This document shows positions 42,670-52,282 of a DNA stretch of 64,000 nucleotides, one piece after another. The DNA lies in the NCBI GenBank assembly GCA_003221615.1, contig QHSQ01000108.1, positions 9,678 to 73,677 on the forward strand, read 5' to 3'. Each line of letters starts with the position of its first letter. Positions within the stretch are counted from its first letter, which is position 1. The translations under genes were made by a program, and so were the position numbers. Source of the stretch: Candidatus Rokuibacteriota bacterium. Its GTDB lineage: Bacteria > Methylomirabilota > Methylomirabilia > Rokubacteriales > CSP1-6. Below the pieces are notes generated by a model. That model was not told the origin of the DNA and did not search any database. It was given only the letters and a program-made list of their open reading frames with translations.

Positions 42670-43490
42670 CTCAGGAAGTCTCGGACGACGCGGGCCACGG
42701 TGTCGGTCTGCTCGAGGTGCGGCGCGTGACCGGCGCCGTCGATCGTCTCGACGCGGGCGCCGGAGAGACGCCGCGTGAACTCCTCGGCGTAGACGGCCGG
42801 CACCAGACGGTCCTCGCGTCCCCAGACGAGCAGGCTCGGCGCCTTGACGCGGTGGATGCGTTTCTTCAGACCCTTGTCGGGGATCGGCCAGATGAACTTT
42901 CCGGTCGTGCCCATCGCCCACATGAGTCGCACGCGAGCCTCCGTCGTCGCCGCGTCTTGCGCGTCGGTTCGCGGGAACATGCGGCGCGCCGCGTCGCCCT
43001 CGGGATCGCGGAAGATGTGAGCGCGCAGGGCCGTGGGCTCGAGCATCATCCAGTTGACGATGCGGTCGGGATCACGCCAGAAGCCGAGCGGCGCGATCAT
43101 CGCCAGGCGCCGGACCCGATCGGGGTACGCCGCCGCCACCTCGCAGGCGACCATGCCGCCGAACGAATGGCCGACGAACGCGGCGTCGCGAATCCCCAGG
43201 GTCTCGAGCAGCTCCTCGTAGCACAGCACGAGGTCCCAGAGCCCGTCGAGGTGATAGACGTCGTCGTGCGCCTCCGGTGTGGTCCCAGGATGCTCGGGGG
43301 CATAGACCGTGAAACTCTCGGCGAGCCGATCGAGGAACGGGTCCCACGTGAGTCCCCACGGACCATGAAAGAAGACCAGCGCGGGCCCGCGTCCCTTCGA
43401 GACGACCCGCATCCGCACGCGTCCTTGCCAGACCGTGACGGTACGCTCCTGCGTGCCGCCGGTGACCGGCGCTTCCGCGCGGACGCTCAT
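42663..43490 (-). CDS. Alpha/beta-fold hydrolase
   Basis: ATG 43490 overlaps the stop of the upstream LLM gene (ATGA). Sequence ...GPALVFFHGPWG..., nucleophile elbow VGHSFGG, C-terminal ...IDGAGHAPHLEQ.... Confidence 0.85.
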   Translation of the reverse strand: MSVRAEAPVTGGTQERTVTVWQGRVRMRVVSKGRGPALVFFHGPWGLTWDPFLDRLAESFTVYAPEHPGTTPEAHDDVYHLDGLWDLVLCYEELLETLGIRDAAFVGHSFGGMVACEVAAAYPDRVRRLAMIAPLGFWRDPDRIVNWMMLEPTALRAHIFRDPEGDAARRMFPRTDAQDAATTEARVRLMWAMGTTGKFIWPIPDKGLKKRIHRVKAPSLLVWGREDRLVPAVYAEEFTRRLSGARVETIDGAGHAPHLEQTDTVARVVRDFLSQ

Positions 43491-44740
43491 GCGCCGCCCG
43501 CCGCGACTCCGGCCACAACGGGCGTGGCGTGCTGGCGGAGCCGCTCGGGCCACCAGCGATTCACCCAGCCCTCGTCGTCCCAGACGTCGCGGAGGCCCGG
43601 CAGCACTTCGCGGCCGAAGAGCTCGATGTTCTCGAGAGCCAGCTCGTGCGGCATCGACCCGATCTGGAGGAGCACCATCAAGTTCCCGACGCGCAGGCTC
43701 TTGATCACTTCTTCCTTCAGTCGGTCGCGCACGGTGGCCGGGCTGCCGGCGATGACGAAGCCCTTCTCGACGAAGTCGCGGTAGCGCAGGTTCTTGGGAT
43801 TCTCGGCCCGGCGCACCGGATTGCTCATCGTCGCCACGAGGCTCCGGTAGTCCTGGTTGCCCGGCGGCGAGAACCACATCGCCGGGACGTGCAGACACTT
43901 GTGATAGAAGTACTCGACGTGCCGGGCGTACTTCTCCTCGGCGCGCGCGTCGTTCTCGGCCACGACGACCAGCTGCAGGAAGCCCGCGCGATAGGGATTG
44001 AGGTCACGACCCTTGTCCGCCACCACGCGCCAGTAGCCGTCCATCATCGTCTTCGCCGACCTGGCGCCGGAGTAGCTCAGGAAGCAGTAGCAGACGTCGT
44101 GCTCCACGGCGAAGTCGAACGTGCTGATGCTGCCCGAGCCCGGGATCCACACCGGGGGATGCGGCTGCTGGATCGGCCGCGGCCACAGGTTCACGCTCGC
44201 CAGCTGGAAGTAGCGCCCGTTCCACGAGAAGATCTCGCGCGCCTGCCAAGCTTTCAGGGTGAGCGCGACGGCTTCGCGGTAGCGTTCGCGGTGCTCCATC
44301 GGTGTGATGCCGTAGCAGAGGTTCACGTCCATCGGGCTGCCGAGCGGGAGGCCAGCCACCAGCCGCCCGCCGCTGATGCAGTCGAGCATCGCGTATTCCT
44401 CGGCGACGCGCAGCGGCGGGTTCGACGTCGGTAGGGTCGCGCCCATCTGCACGATGGCGACGTTGGTGCCGTTCGTCGCCCGTGCGAGCACGCTGCCCAT
44501 GAGATTGGGGCTCGGCATGAAGCCATACGCGTTCTGGTGATGCTCGTTCGTGCACACCCCGTCGAACCCGACCTTCGCCGCGTACTGGAGCTCGTCGAGG
44601 GTCCAGTTGTAGTACTGGCCCACGCGGCGCGCGTCGGCCAGCTCCCACCAGGGCGGCGTCACCCAGACGGACTCGTAACGCTGCTCGAAATCGGCGGGCA
44701 GCTCGCGATACGGCATCAGGTGGAACGCGCTGATCTTCAT
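43487..44740 (-). CDS. LLM-class flavin-dependent oxidoreductase
   Basis: ATG 44740 gives MKISAFHLMPYRELP.... Sequence ...GFDGVCTNEHHQNAYGFMPSPNLM...GGRLVAGLPLGSPMD... is typical of the luciferase-like monooxygenase family. Confidence 0.85.
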   Translation of the reverse strand: MKISAFHLMPYRELPADFEQRYESVWVTPPWWELADARRVGQYYNWTLDELQYAAKVGFDGVCTNEHHQNAYGFMPSPNLMGSVLARATNGTNVAIVQMGATLPTSNPPLRVAEEYAMLDCISGGRLVAGLPLGSPMDVNLCYGITPMEHRERYREAVALTLKAWQAREIFSWNGRYFQLASVNLWPRPIQQPHPPVWIPGSGSISTFDFAVEHDVCYCFLSYSGARSAKTMMDGYWRVVADKGRDLNPYRAGFLQLVVVAENDARAEEKYARHVEYFYHKCLHVPAMWFSPPGNQDYRSLVATMSNPVRRAENPKNLRYRDFVEKGFVIAGSPATVRDRLKEEVIKSLRVGNLMVLLQIGSMPHELALENIELFGREVLPGLRDVWDDEGWVNRWWPERLRQHATPVVAGVAAGGA

Positions 44741-44747
44741 GGGCCTC

Positions 44748-46226
44748 TCAGTCTCCCTCGTATCGGGGCGGGCGGACGAAGCCGCCGAGCTCGCGCCCGA
44801 CCAGCGATGCAAAGCGAATCGGCGTGCGGTCCTCGAGATACGGCCCGACTGCCTGCAGGCCGATCGGCAGACCGCCGCGGCTCCGGCCGGCCGGAAACGC
44901 GGTCGACGGCTGACCGGCGAGCGTCGCCACCGAGGCGCAGAACAGACCGAGCTCTTCCAGCACGGGCTTGCCGTTCACGTCGAGCGTCTTCCTGATCGAC
45001 TCGGGCGTGTTGGGCCACGGCTTGTCCCAGTGCGGGTACGCCGGCGTGATGAACGTGGGCATCAGGAGCACGTCCCATTCGCGGAAGAACGCGCGCCACG
45101 CCGCGCGGTACTGCTCGCGCTGACCGAACCAGGCGACGTAGTCGGGCGCGCCGCTCTCGATCCCGCGCTGGGTCGCTCGGCTCCAGTCGTCATCGCGCAT
45201 GCGCAGCACCTCGAGGCGCGCGCGCCGGTCAGCGGCGGGGACGCGAGCCGAGGTGACGGCCGCGAGCAGCGACAGGTAGAGCGCGTAGTGCTGGCGATGA
45301 TCGCCGAGCCCGTCCGGCTGGGTCACCTTCACCTGGCAGCCGAGACGGCCGAGGCCCGCCGCGACGCTCTCGAGCGCGGCGGCCACCTCGGCGTCGACGG
45401 GCACCCAGTCGAGCGGCGGGAGCACCGCGACGCGGAAGCCCGCGAGCCGATCGCGGCGTGCCGCCGGAATCGCGATCTTCCACGCGACGTCCTCGCCGAC
45501 CTCGGGGCCCGCCGCCACGTCGAGCGCCAGCTCGAGGTCCTCGGCGGAGCGCGCCATCGGGCCCTGCACGCCCATCACGACTGCGGCGTTCGGCATCGGC
45601 GGCATCGGGAACTGTCCGCTCCGCGGCATCGCCGTCTCGCTCGGGCGGTGACCGTAGACGCCGCAGAAGGCGGCCGGCACGCGGATCGAGCCGCCGATGT
45701 CGCTCCCGAATTCCAGGGGCGTGAGCCCGGCCGCGAGCGCGGCCGCGCCGCCACCGGTCGAGCCGCCGGGCGTGCGGCCGAGATCCCAGGGATTGTTGGT
45801 CCGCCCGTACACCGGATTGTTCGACTGCCAGTCGGACAGCATCTGGGGCACGTTCGTCTTCGCCATGACCACGGCCCCCGCGCCCTGCACGCGCATCGTG
45901 ACCGGCGCGTCGTGCTCCGACCGAAAGTCCTTCCACGTGAACATGCCGGCGGTGGTGCGCAGCCCGCGGACGTTGATGGATTCCTTCAGGGTCATCGGCA
46001 GGCCGAGCAGCGGAGCGTCCTCGCCGCGCGCGCGTCGCGTGTCGGCGGCCTCGGCGTCGCGGCGCGCCCGCTCGAAGTCGGGCTCGACGATCGCGTTCAG
46101 CTCGGAATTGTACCGTTCGATTCGCCGCCGGTGCAGATCGAGAAGGTCAACGGCCGACACTCGGCGGGCGCGCAGCGCGGCGAGCATCTCGGTCGCGGTC
46201 GTGAAGGCGTGGACCCGGTCACTCAT
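44748..46226 (-). CDS. Amidase (amidase-signature family)
   Basis: AS-family signature ...GGSTGGGAAALAAGLTPLEFGSDIGGSIRVPAAFCGVYGHRPS..., with the catalytic Lys region ...GLPMTLKESINV.... Confidence 0.9.
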   Translation of the reverse strand: MSDRVHAFTTATEMLAALRARRVSAVDLLDLHRRRIERYNSELNAIVEPDFERARRDAEAADTRRARGEDAPLLGLPMTLKESINVRGLRTTAGMFTWKDFRSEHDAPVTMRVQGAGAVVMAKTNVPQMLSDWQSNNPVYGRTNNPWDLGRTPGGSTGGGAAALAAGLTPLEFGSDIGGSIRVPAAFCGVYGHRPSETAMPRSGQFPMPPMPNAAVVMGVQGPMARSAEDLELALDVAAGPEVGEDVAWKIAIPAARRDRLAGFRVAVLPPLDWVPVDAEVAAALESVAAGLGRLGCQVKVTQPDGLGDHRQHYALYLSLLAAVTSARVPAADRRARLEVLRMRDDDWSRATQRGIESGAPDYVAWFGQREQYRAAWRAFFREWDVLLMPTFITPAYPHWDKPWPNTPESIRKTLDVNGKPVLEELGLFCASVATLAGQPSTAFPAGRSRGGLPIGLQAVGPYLEDRTPIRFASLVGRELGGFVRPPRYEGD

Positions 46227-46389
46227 GTCAGCATCCCTCTCACGCGCAGCGGTGAGCCGACATTACCGCCCCCACCCGGCAGGGTCAAGGATTCGCGCCT
46301 CCGCGCACGCGCTTGGCAGCGCTCTCGAGCGCGGTCATGAACGCCGGGAGCGCGGGCGGCGGGACCGTCTCCGAGCGCTTCGCCCAGCC

Positions 46390-47304
46390 CTACGGGATCT
46401 CGATGGGGCGCGCGACCATGACGCCGCTGTGCGTCCGCACGCTCGCGACGTAGGTGGCCAGGTCCTCGTCGAGGACGACGGCGTTGCGCGCGGTCGACGC
46501 GTGCAGGAGTCGCGGGACACCCGCCTCGTCGCGGTAGCACACGCCCGAATGCGCGCAGTCGAGGCCATCGATCGTCGTGGTGATGCCGATGATGTCCCCG
46601 GTCAGCAGGAGCCGCTGGGCCGCCGCGACCTTCTCCCTGGGGAGATAGTGCGTCAGGCGCGCATTGATCTCGGCCTCGACCAGCACGATCTTCGCGACCT
46701 GGTCGGGGCTCGCCTTGAGCTGGCGGTAGGCGGCGGGATGCGTGCTCATGAAGTTGACCTTGCGGGTGAACCGCTCGGCGCCGGGTAGCTCGGGGGTGAT
46801 CAGGCGCACGACGCGCTTAGCCTGGTTGTCGACGAACCAGTCGCTCAGGTAGTGAAGTCGTGACGCGTAGTCGGTGAGCTGGCCGCCGCGGTAGCGGAGA
46901 AACGTGACCTCCGCCAGGAGCGCGTCCGGTGTGCGCTCGCGCTTGAGCATCCGCGCGAGGGCCAGCGCCAGCTCGAAGAACGTCACGCAATCCAGCCCGC
47001 GAAAATCGACCGAGCACACCTCACGATCGTCGTAGAGCTCGAGGGTCGAGGCGACGTAGGGCGTCTGACGCAGGGCCATGCCGATGGCGCCGATCCGCTC
47101 GCCGATCGGCAGATCGCTCCACCGCCGCTCGCGGGCCTGCGTCAGCACGCGGTCGAAGACCTCTCGCCCCTCGAAGACCTTCGCGTCCTGAGCGCTGCCG
47201 GCCGTTAGGCGGTCCGGGCGTAGGCAGGCGAGCACTCCGGCAGTCGCCAGGGTCTTCCCTGCGCTGGCGAGAAACGCACGTCGCGCGAGCCGCGGATCAC
47301 TCAT
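46390..47304 (-). CDS. DUF1460 (N-acetylmuramoyl-L-alanine amidase-like) domain protein, Tat-signal
   Basis: ATG 47304 gives MSDPRLARRAFLASAGKTLATAGVLA (twin-Arg motif). The body (...PYVASTLELYDDREVCSVDFRGLDCVTFFELALALAR...YLSDWF...) matches the DUF1460 pattern. Confidence 0.75.
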   Translation of the reverse strand: MSDPRLARRAFLASAGKTLATAGVLACLRPDRLTAGSAQDAKVFEGREVFDRVLTQARERRWSDLPIGERIGAIGMALRQTPYVASTLELYDDREVCSVDFRGLDCVTFFELALALARMLKRERTPDALLAEVTFLRYRGGQLTDYASRLHYLSDWFVDNQAKRVVRLITPELPGAERFTRKVNFMSTHPAAYRQLKASPDQVAKIVLVEAEINARLTHYLPREKVAAAQRLLLTGDIIGITTTIDGLDCAHSGVCYRDEAGVPRLLHASTARNAVVLDEDLATYVASVRTHSGVMVARPIEIP

Positions 47305-47342
47305 CTCGTCTCCAGCATGGCATCGTCTCCAGCATCGCACGC

Positions 47343-48398
47343 TCAGCCCCGCTCGGCCGAGCGCCGCGCCACCTCCTCGGCCAGGTCCCGATGCTCGGCA
47401 CAGCCGATCACCGAGAGGTCGGGGCGAGGTCCCGCCGTGTCGATGAGGCGGCGAATCGCCCGGCGGCGTCGCTCCACTGGCCCGACGTCGAGCACTCCTC
47501 GCTCGATGTCACGGCCGAGCTTCGCCACCGCGTCGTCGCGCGCCTGGGCGCTCCGGCAGATGAGCGCGAGATCGCCTCCGGCGCCGAGGAACCGCCTCGC
47601 GGCCTCGGCGACACCCCAGGTGCTCGCGACCGCGGCCATCTCGAGGTCGTCACTCACGATCAGCCCGTCGAAGCCGAGACGCCGCCTCAACAGGCCCGAG
47701 ACGATCTCGGGCGAGAGTGACGCCGGAAGCTCCGGATCGAGCACGCGGTATCGGACGTGGGCGACCAGGACGGCGGGGCAACCCGCCGTGAGCACGGCAC
47801 GGAACGGGACGAGCTCGCCGCGTTCCAGGTCCTGGAGGGTCGCCGACGTTTCCGGCAAGGCGTGGTGCGAGTCGACCGAGGTCAGCCCGTGTCCCGGGAA
47901 ATGCTTGGCGACGGGCACGAGACCCGACGGAAGCATCGCCTCGACGAACGCCACGCCGAGCGCGGCGACGGCGTCTGGAGCCGTGCCGAAGGCGCGGTCA
48001 CCGATCACCGTGTTCGCCGGATCGAGGAGGCAATCGAGCACGGGCGACAGGCCGGAGTCGAACCCGGCGGCGCGCAGCTCGCGCGCCATCGCTCTCGCCA
48101 CCGCCGCGGCCAGACGAGGATCGCCGCAGCGTCCGACGGCGGCCGCGGAGGGGAACCGCGTGAACGGCGGCGGCAAGCGGTGGACGCGGCCGCCCTCGTG
48201 GTCCACCATCACGAGGAGATCGGGATCGAGCCGCCGGGCCTCTGCGGTCAGCGCAAGCACCGTCTCGAGGCTCGGGCAATTGCGCGTGAACAACACGACG
48301 CCGCCCAGCCCGGACTGCTCCGCCAGCGCCACGACGGAGCCAGGTAGGTGCGTCCCGTCGAATCCGACGGCGAGGAGGTAGCCGGCTTCGCGCCTCAC
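47343..48398 (-). CDS. nagZ: Beta-N-acetylhexosaminidase (glycoside hydrolase family 3, NagZ-like)
   Basis: GTG 48398 overlaps the stop of the hybrid kinase gene (GTGA). Sequence ...LLVMVDHEGGRVHRL..., ...FDSGLSPVLDCLLDPANTVIGDRAFG..., ...AKHFPGHGLTSVDSHHALP... are GH3/NagZ hallmarks. Confidence 0.85.
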   Translation of the reverse strand: MRREAGYLLAVGFDGTHLPGSVVALAEQSGLGGVVLFTRNCPSLETVLALTAEARRLDPDLLVMVDHEGGRVHRLPPPFTRFPSAAAVGRCGDPRLAAAVARAMARELRAAGFDSGLSPVLDCLLDPANTVIGDRAFGTAPDAVAALGVAFVEAMLPSGLVPVAKHFPGHGLTSVDSHHALPETSATLQDLERGELVPFRAVLTAGCPAVLVAHVRYRVLDPELPASLSPEIVSGLLRRRLGFDGLIVSDDLEMAAVASTWGVAEAARRFLGAGGDLALICRSAQARDDAVAKLGRDIERGVLDVGPVERRRRAIRRLIDTAGPRPDLSVIGCAEHRDLAEEVARRSAERG

Positions 48399-51220
48399 CC
48401 GGTGAACGACCGACCGGCCAGGTTGGCCACGATCACGCCGAACTCGACCGGATCGACCGGCTTCGCGACGTGCATGCTGTAGCCGGCCGACAGCGAGCGC
48501 ACCCGATCTTCGGGCCTTCCGTAGGCGGTCAGCGCCACCGCCGGAATCTGGCCGCCGTCGGAGCCCGCCAGCCCACGGACTTTGCGAATCAGCGAGTAGC
48601 CGTCCTCGCCGGGCATCTCGATGTCCGACACGAGCACGTGCGGCTTCCACGATCGCAGCATCGCCAGCGCTTCGGGCGGCGACGAGCAGAGCCGGGCCTC
48701 CGCTTCTGCGCGTCTCAGGATCGTCGCGATCAGATCCAGCGCGTCGGGATCGTCGTCCACGACGAGGACGCGCAAACCCCGGAGCGACGGACCGTGGTAC
48801 GCCGTTACGGGCTCCCCGACGGTGGGGTGCGCGCGGTCCTCCTTCGATTCGATGGCCGCCGCGGCCAAGAGCGGAAGCTTCACCCGGAAGGTCGCGCCCT
48901 GGCCCTCGCCGGCGCTCTCGGCGGTCACGGAGCCTCCATGCAGCTCGACGAGGTGGCGAACGAGAGCGAGCCCGATGCCGAGGCCGCCCTGGGTGCGGGT
49001 GCTCCCGCTCTCGCCTTGCTTGAAGCGGTCGAAGACGACCGGCAGCAGCTCGGGGCGGATGCCGGCGCCGGTATCGCTGACGACGATCTCGAGGTGCGAG
49101 CCGACCCGCCGCAGGGCGAGCTGGATGCGGCCGTCTCTCGGCGTGAACTTGACCGCGTTCATCAAGAGGTTCCAGACGACTTGCTGCAGACGGTCCGGGT
49201 CGCCGTTGAGAGGGCCGGCGCTCGGATCGATCAGAGATTGCAGCCGGAGCCCCTTGGCCTCGAGCGCCGGCCGCACCGCGTCGAGCGCCGATTCCAGCAC
49301 CCGAGGGAGATCGACCGAGCGGATGTCGAGCCGCATCTTGCCGCTGATGATGCGGGAGACGTCGAGCAGGTCGTCGATCAGCTGCAGCTGCACGTGGGCA
49401 TTGCGCACGATCGCGTCGAGCGCGCGCGGCGTCGTCGCCGCGTCGATCTGGCCCATCTGGAGCATGCGCGCCCAGCCGTAGACCGCGTTCATCGGCGTCC
49501 GCAGCTCGTGTGACAGCACCGCGAGGAATTCGTCCTTCGCGCGATTGGCGCCCTCGGCCTGCGCCCGCGCCTGCTCGGCCTCGGTATAGAGCGTCGCGTT
49601 GTCGACCGCGAGCGCCGCGCGGCGCGCCAGCTCCTCCGCCATCGCCACGTCGGCGTCGTCGTACTGACGGCCCGGCGTGGTTCTCACGAGCGTGATGGCG
49701 CCGATCACCCGCAGTCGGCTCGTCATCGGCACGGCGAGCGCCGAGTACGGATGAAGCCGACGCATGATCGCCAGGTGCCGATCGTCGCGAGCGGTGGAGA
49801 CGAGCGTTTCCTCGGTGACCTCCGGGATCACGACCGTCCTCCGCGACCGGATCGCTTCGGCGGACGGCTGTGAGGATGCCCAGTCGGGCGCGTACTGCCG
49901 AAGCTCCGCCAGCAGCGCGTCGCTGTCGGCGCCGGCCGCGGAGACGGCAACACGCTCGAGCGTGTTCTCACGCGTCACCAGATCGACGATGCACCAGTCC
50001 GCGAATCGCGGCACCACGAGCTGCGCCACCGTGCGCAGGGTCGTGGAGGCGTCGAGCGAGGAGCTCAGGATGGCGCTCCACTCCGACAAGATCGTGGCAC
50101 GACGCTCGGCCGACTCGGCGCGCGCCCGGGCCACTTGCTCGGCGGTGAGGAGCCTGGCTCGCTCGGCCTCGACGCGGAGGCGCTCTCCGATGCCCCGCGC
50201 GATCTTCGAGGCGCCGACGATGCGGCCGCCGGCGTCCTTGATCGGCGAGACGGTCAAGGCGATGTCGATCGGCGTGCCATCCTTGCGGATGCGCACGGTC
50301 TCGAAATGCTCGATCGTTTCGCCGCGCCGAAGGCGACTCAGGACGTCGTCTTCCTCGCTCTGACGGTCGGCCGGGACGATCATCCTGATCGATCGGCCGA
50401 TCGCCTCCTGTGCCGTGAAGCCGAACAACCGCTCGGCCGCTGGATTCCATGCGGTGATGATCCCGTCGAGGTCCTTGCCGACGATCGCCTCATCGGACCA
50501 GCGGACGATGGCGGCGAGCCTCAGCGAGGCTTCCTCGGCTCGCTTCTGGTCGGTGGTGTCCTCGAGCAGAACGGAGAACCCGTCAGGGGTCGGGAACACG
50601 CGAGCTCTGAACCAGCGCCCGTACGGCCGGTACAACGTCTCGAACACGATGGGCGCGGGCTCGACCGACGCGCGCCGCAGCCGGGTCTCGACGTCGGTCC
50701 CGACGATATCGGGGAACAACTCCCAGATCGCCTTGCCGATCATCGGCGTCGGGTGGCGGAGCAGCACGGCGCCACGGTCGTTCACGTAGCGGTACCGCCA
50801 GTCTCGATCGAAGACGACGAACCCCTCGTCGATGCTGTGGAGCAGGCTCTCGAGGCGGCGGCGGCCGCGGTGCATCGTCCCGCTGAGCGCGCTGATCAAC
50901 GCGCCGATCCCGATGAAGAACAGAAGACCGACGACGTCGGCGAGGCTCCCGATCTTGAAGCTGTAAGACGGAGGCAGCCAGAAATATTGGACGATCGCGG
51001 CCCCGAGCACGGTCGTCAGGAGGCCCGGCCAGAACCCGCCTGCCCATGCGCTGAGAACCATGGCGGGTATGAACGTCAGGAAGGGCAGATCCTCGCCCCA
51101 GATCGGTGACAGCACCCCGCGCAGCACGCCCGCCCCGAGCGCGGCGACGACCGCGATGGTGTAGCGGACGGGCGTTGGCCAGTCCGGAGTCCGAACATAG
51201 CTCGAGAGCCTTGTGTCCAT
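48395..51220 (-). CDS. Hybrid sensor histidine kinase (DUF4118-like TM domain, PAS x2, GAF, HisKA, HATPase, REC)
   Basis: Start taken at ATG 51220 (the listed ORF begins at TTG 51256). KdpD-type TM region (...FLTFIPAMVLSAWAGGFWPGLLTTVLGAAIVQYFWLPP...). PAS segments. H-box FLAVLSHELRTPMNAV. ATPase boxes. C-terminal REC (VLVVDDDPD...VLVSDIEMPGEDG...AKPV). Confidence 0.85.
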   Translation of the reverse strand: MDTRLSSYVRTPDWPTPVRYTIAVVAALGAGVLRGVLSPIWGEDLPFLTFIPAMVLSAWAGGFWPGLLTTVLGAAIVQYFWLPPSYSFKIGSLADVVGLLFFIGIGALISALSGTMHRGRRRLESLLHSIDEGFVVFDRDWRYRYVNDRGAVLLRHPTPMIGKAIWELFPDIVGTDVETRLRRASVEPAPIVFETLYRPYGRWFRARVFPTPDGFSVLLEDTTDQKRAEEASLRLAAIVRWSDEAIVGKDLDGIITAWNPAAERLFGFTAQEAIGRSIRMIVPADRQSEEDDVLSRLRRGETIEHFETVRIRKDGTPIDIALTVSPIKDAGGRIVGASKIARGIGERLRVEAERARLLTAEQVARARAESAERRATILSEWSAILSSSLDASTTLRTVAQLVVPRFADWCIVDLVTRENTLERVAVSAAGADSDALLAELRQYAPDWASSQPSAEAIRSRRTVVIPEVTEETLVSTARDDRHLAIMRRLHPYSALAVPMTSRLRVIGAITLVRTTPGRQYDDADVAMAEELARRAALAVDNATLYTEAEQARAQAEGANRAKDEFLAVLSHELRTPMNAVYGWARMLQMGQIDAATTPRALDAIVRNAHVQLQLIDDLLDVSRIISGKMRLDIRSVDLPRVLESALDAVRPALEAKGLRLQSLIDPSAGPLNGDPDRLQQVVWNLLMNAVKFTPRDGRIQLALRRVGSHLEIVVSDTGAGIRPELLPVVFDRFKQGESGSTRTQGGLGIGLALVRHLVELHGGSVTAESAGEGQGATFRVKLPLLAAAAIESKEDRAHPTVGEPVTAYHGPSLRGLRVLVVDDDPDALDLIATILRRAEAEARLCSSPPEALAMLRSWKPHVLVSDIEMPGEDGYSLIRKVRGLAGSDGGQIPAVALTAYGRPEDRVRSLSAGYSMHVAKPVDPVEFGVIVANLAGRSFTG

Positions 51221-51410
51221 GCCGAGGTACCTACGCAACTTGTAGAAATACCACAAGAAATGCCGCCTCGGTCAAGTCAGGAGATCCCCGCGCCCGTTCG
51301 CGTGGTCCTCCCGCCGGGCCGGAAAGGGCGGGCCCACCTGTTCCCAATTGGGCCGCCCCAACGACGGCGCGTTCTGCGATAGTGTGGGCCTCGCTCCAAG
51401 GAGGAGAGGG

Positions 51411-52221
51411 ATGAAGGCGATCGTGTTCGCGCAAACGGGAGGTGGCGGGGGTGATCGAGGCGGTCGGTGAGGGCGTGACGAATCTCCGACCAGGCCTGCG
51501 CGTGGCCGCCCTCACCAGCCGGGCATACGCGGAGTACTGCGTCTCGCCGGCGTTCATGGTGGTCCCGCTGCCCGACTCGGTGAGCTTCGTCGACGGCGCC
51601 GCGTTCCTGATCCAGGGCCTGACCGCCTATCACCTGCTCCACACGATGGATACGACGACTCCCGGTAAGAGCGTCCTCGTGCACGCGGCGGCCGGCGGCG
51701 TCGGGCTCGTGGCCGTGCAGCTCGCCAAGGTGGCCGGCGCTCGCGTGTTCGGCACCGTCTCGAGCGACGCGAAGGCGGGGCTCGCGAAGGAGGCGGGCGC
51801 CGACGCGATCATCAACTACGTGAAGGACAAGTTCGCCGACGAGGTGCTGCGCCTGACCAATGACCGCGGCGTCGATCTCATCCTCGACGCGGTCGGCAAG
51901 CCGACCTTCGAGGAGGGGCTACGCTGCCTGGCCGCCTTCGGGCACATCATCCTCTACGGCCGCGCGGGCGGCGCGCCGGATCCGCTGAACCTCTCGGCGC
52001 TCTCCCCGAAGTCGCAGAAGGTGAGCGCGTTCTCGCTGCCGACCCTGACGCGGGGCTTCCCCGACAAGACGCGCGAGGGCTCCGAGCGGTGCTTCGCGCT
52101 GATGCGCGAGGGGCGCCTCAAGCTCCACATCAGCAAGACGTTCCCGATGGCGCAGGCGGCGGAGGCCCATCGCTTTCTCGAGTCGCGTGAATCGACGGGC
52201 AAGCTGATCCTGCTCCCCTGA
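51411..52221 (+). pseudogene. Quinone oxidoreductase (zinc-type ADH/MDR family) gene with an N-terminal internal deletion and frameshift
   Basis: Strong SD AAGGAGGAGAGGG plus ATG 51411 encodes MKAIVFAQTGG, then GGGDRGGR-stop. In the +1 frame from 51442 the protein resumes at AGVIEAVGEGV... and runs intact to the C-terminus. About 50 residues of the GroES-like N-domain, normally found between these points, are absent. Confidence 0.55.
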
Positions 52222-52282
52222 CGCCGAGGGCGCGCGCTGCGGGCGGTCGGGCTCCCCGCCGGCCGAGGCGCGAAAGGACGAC

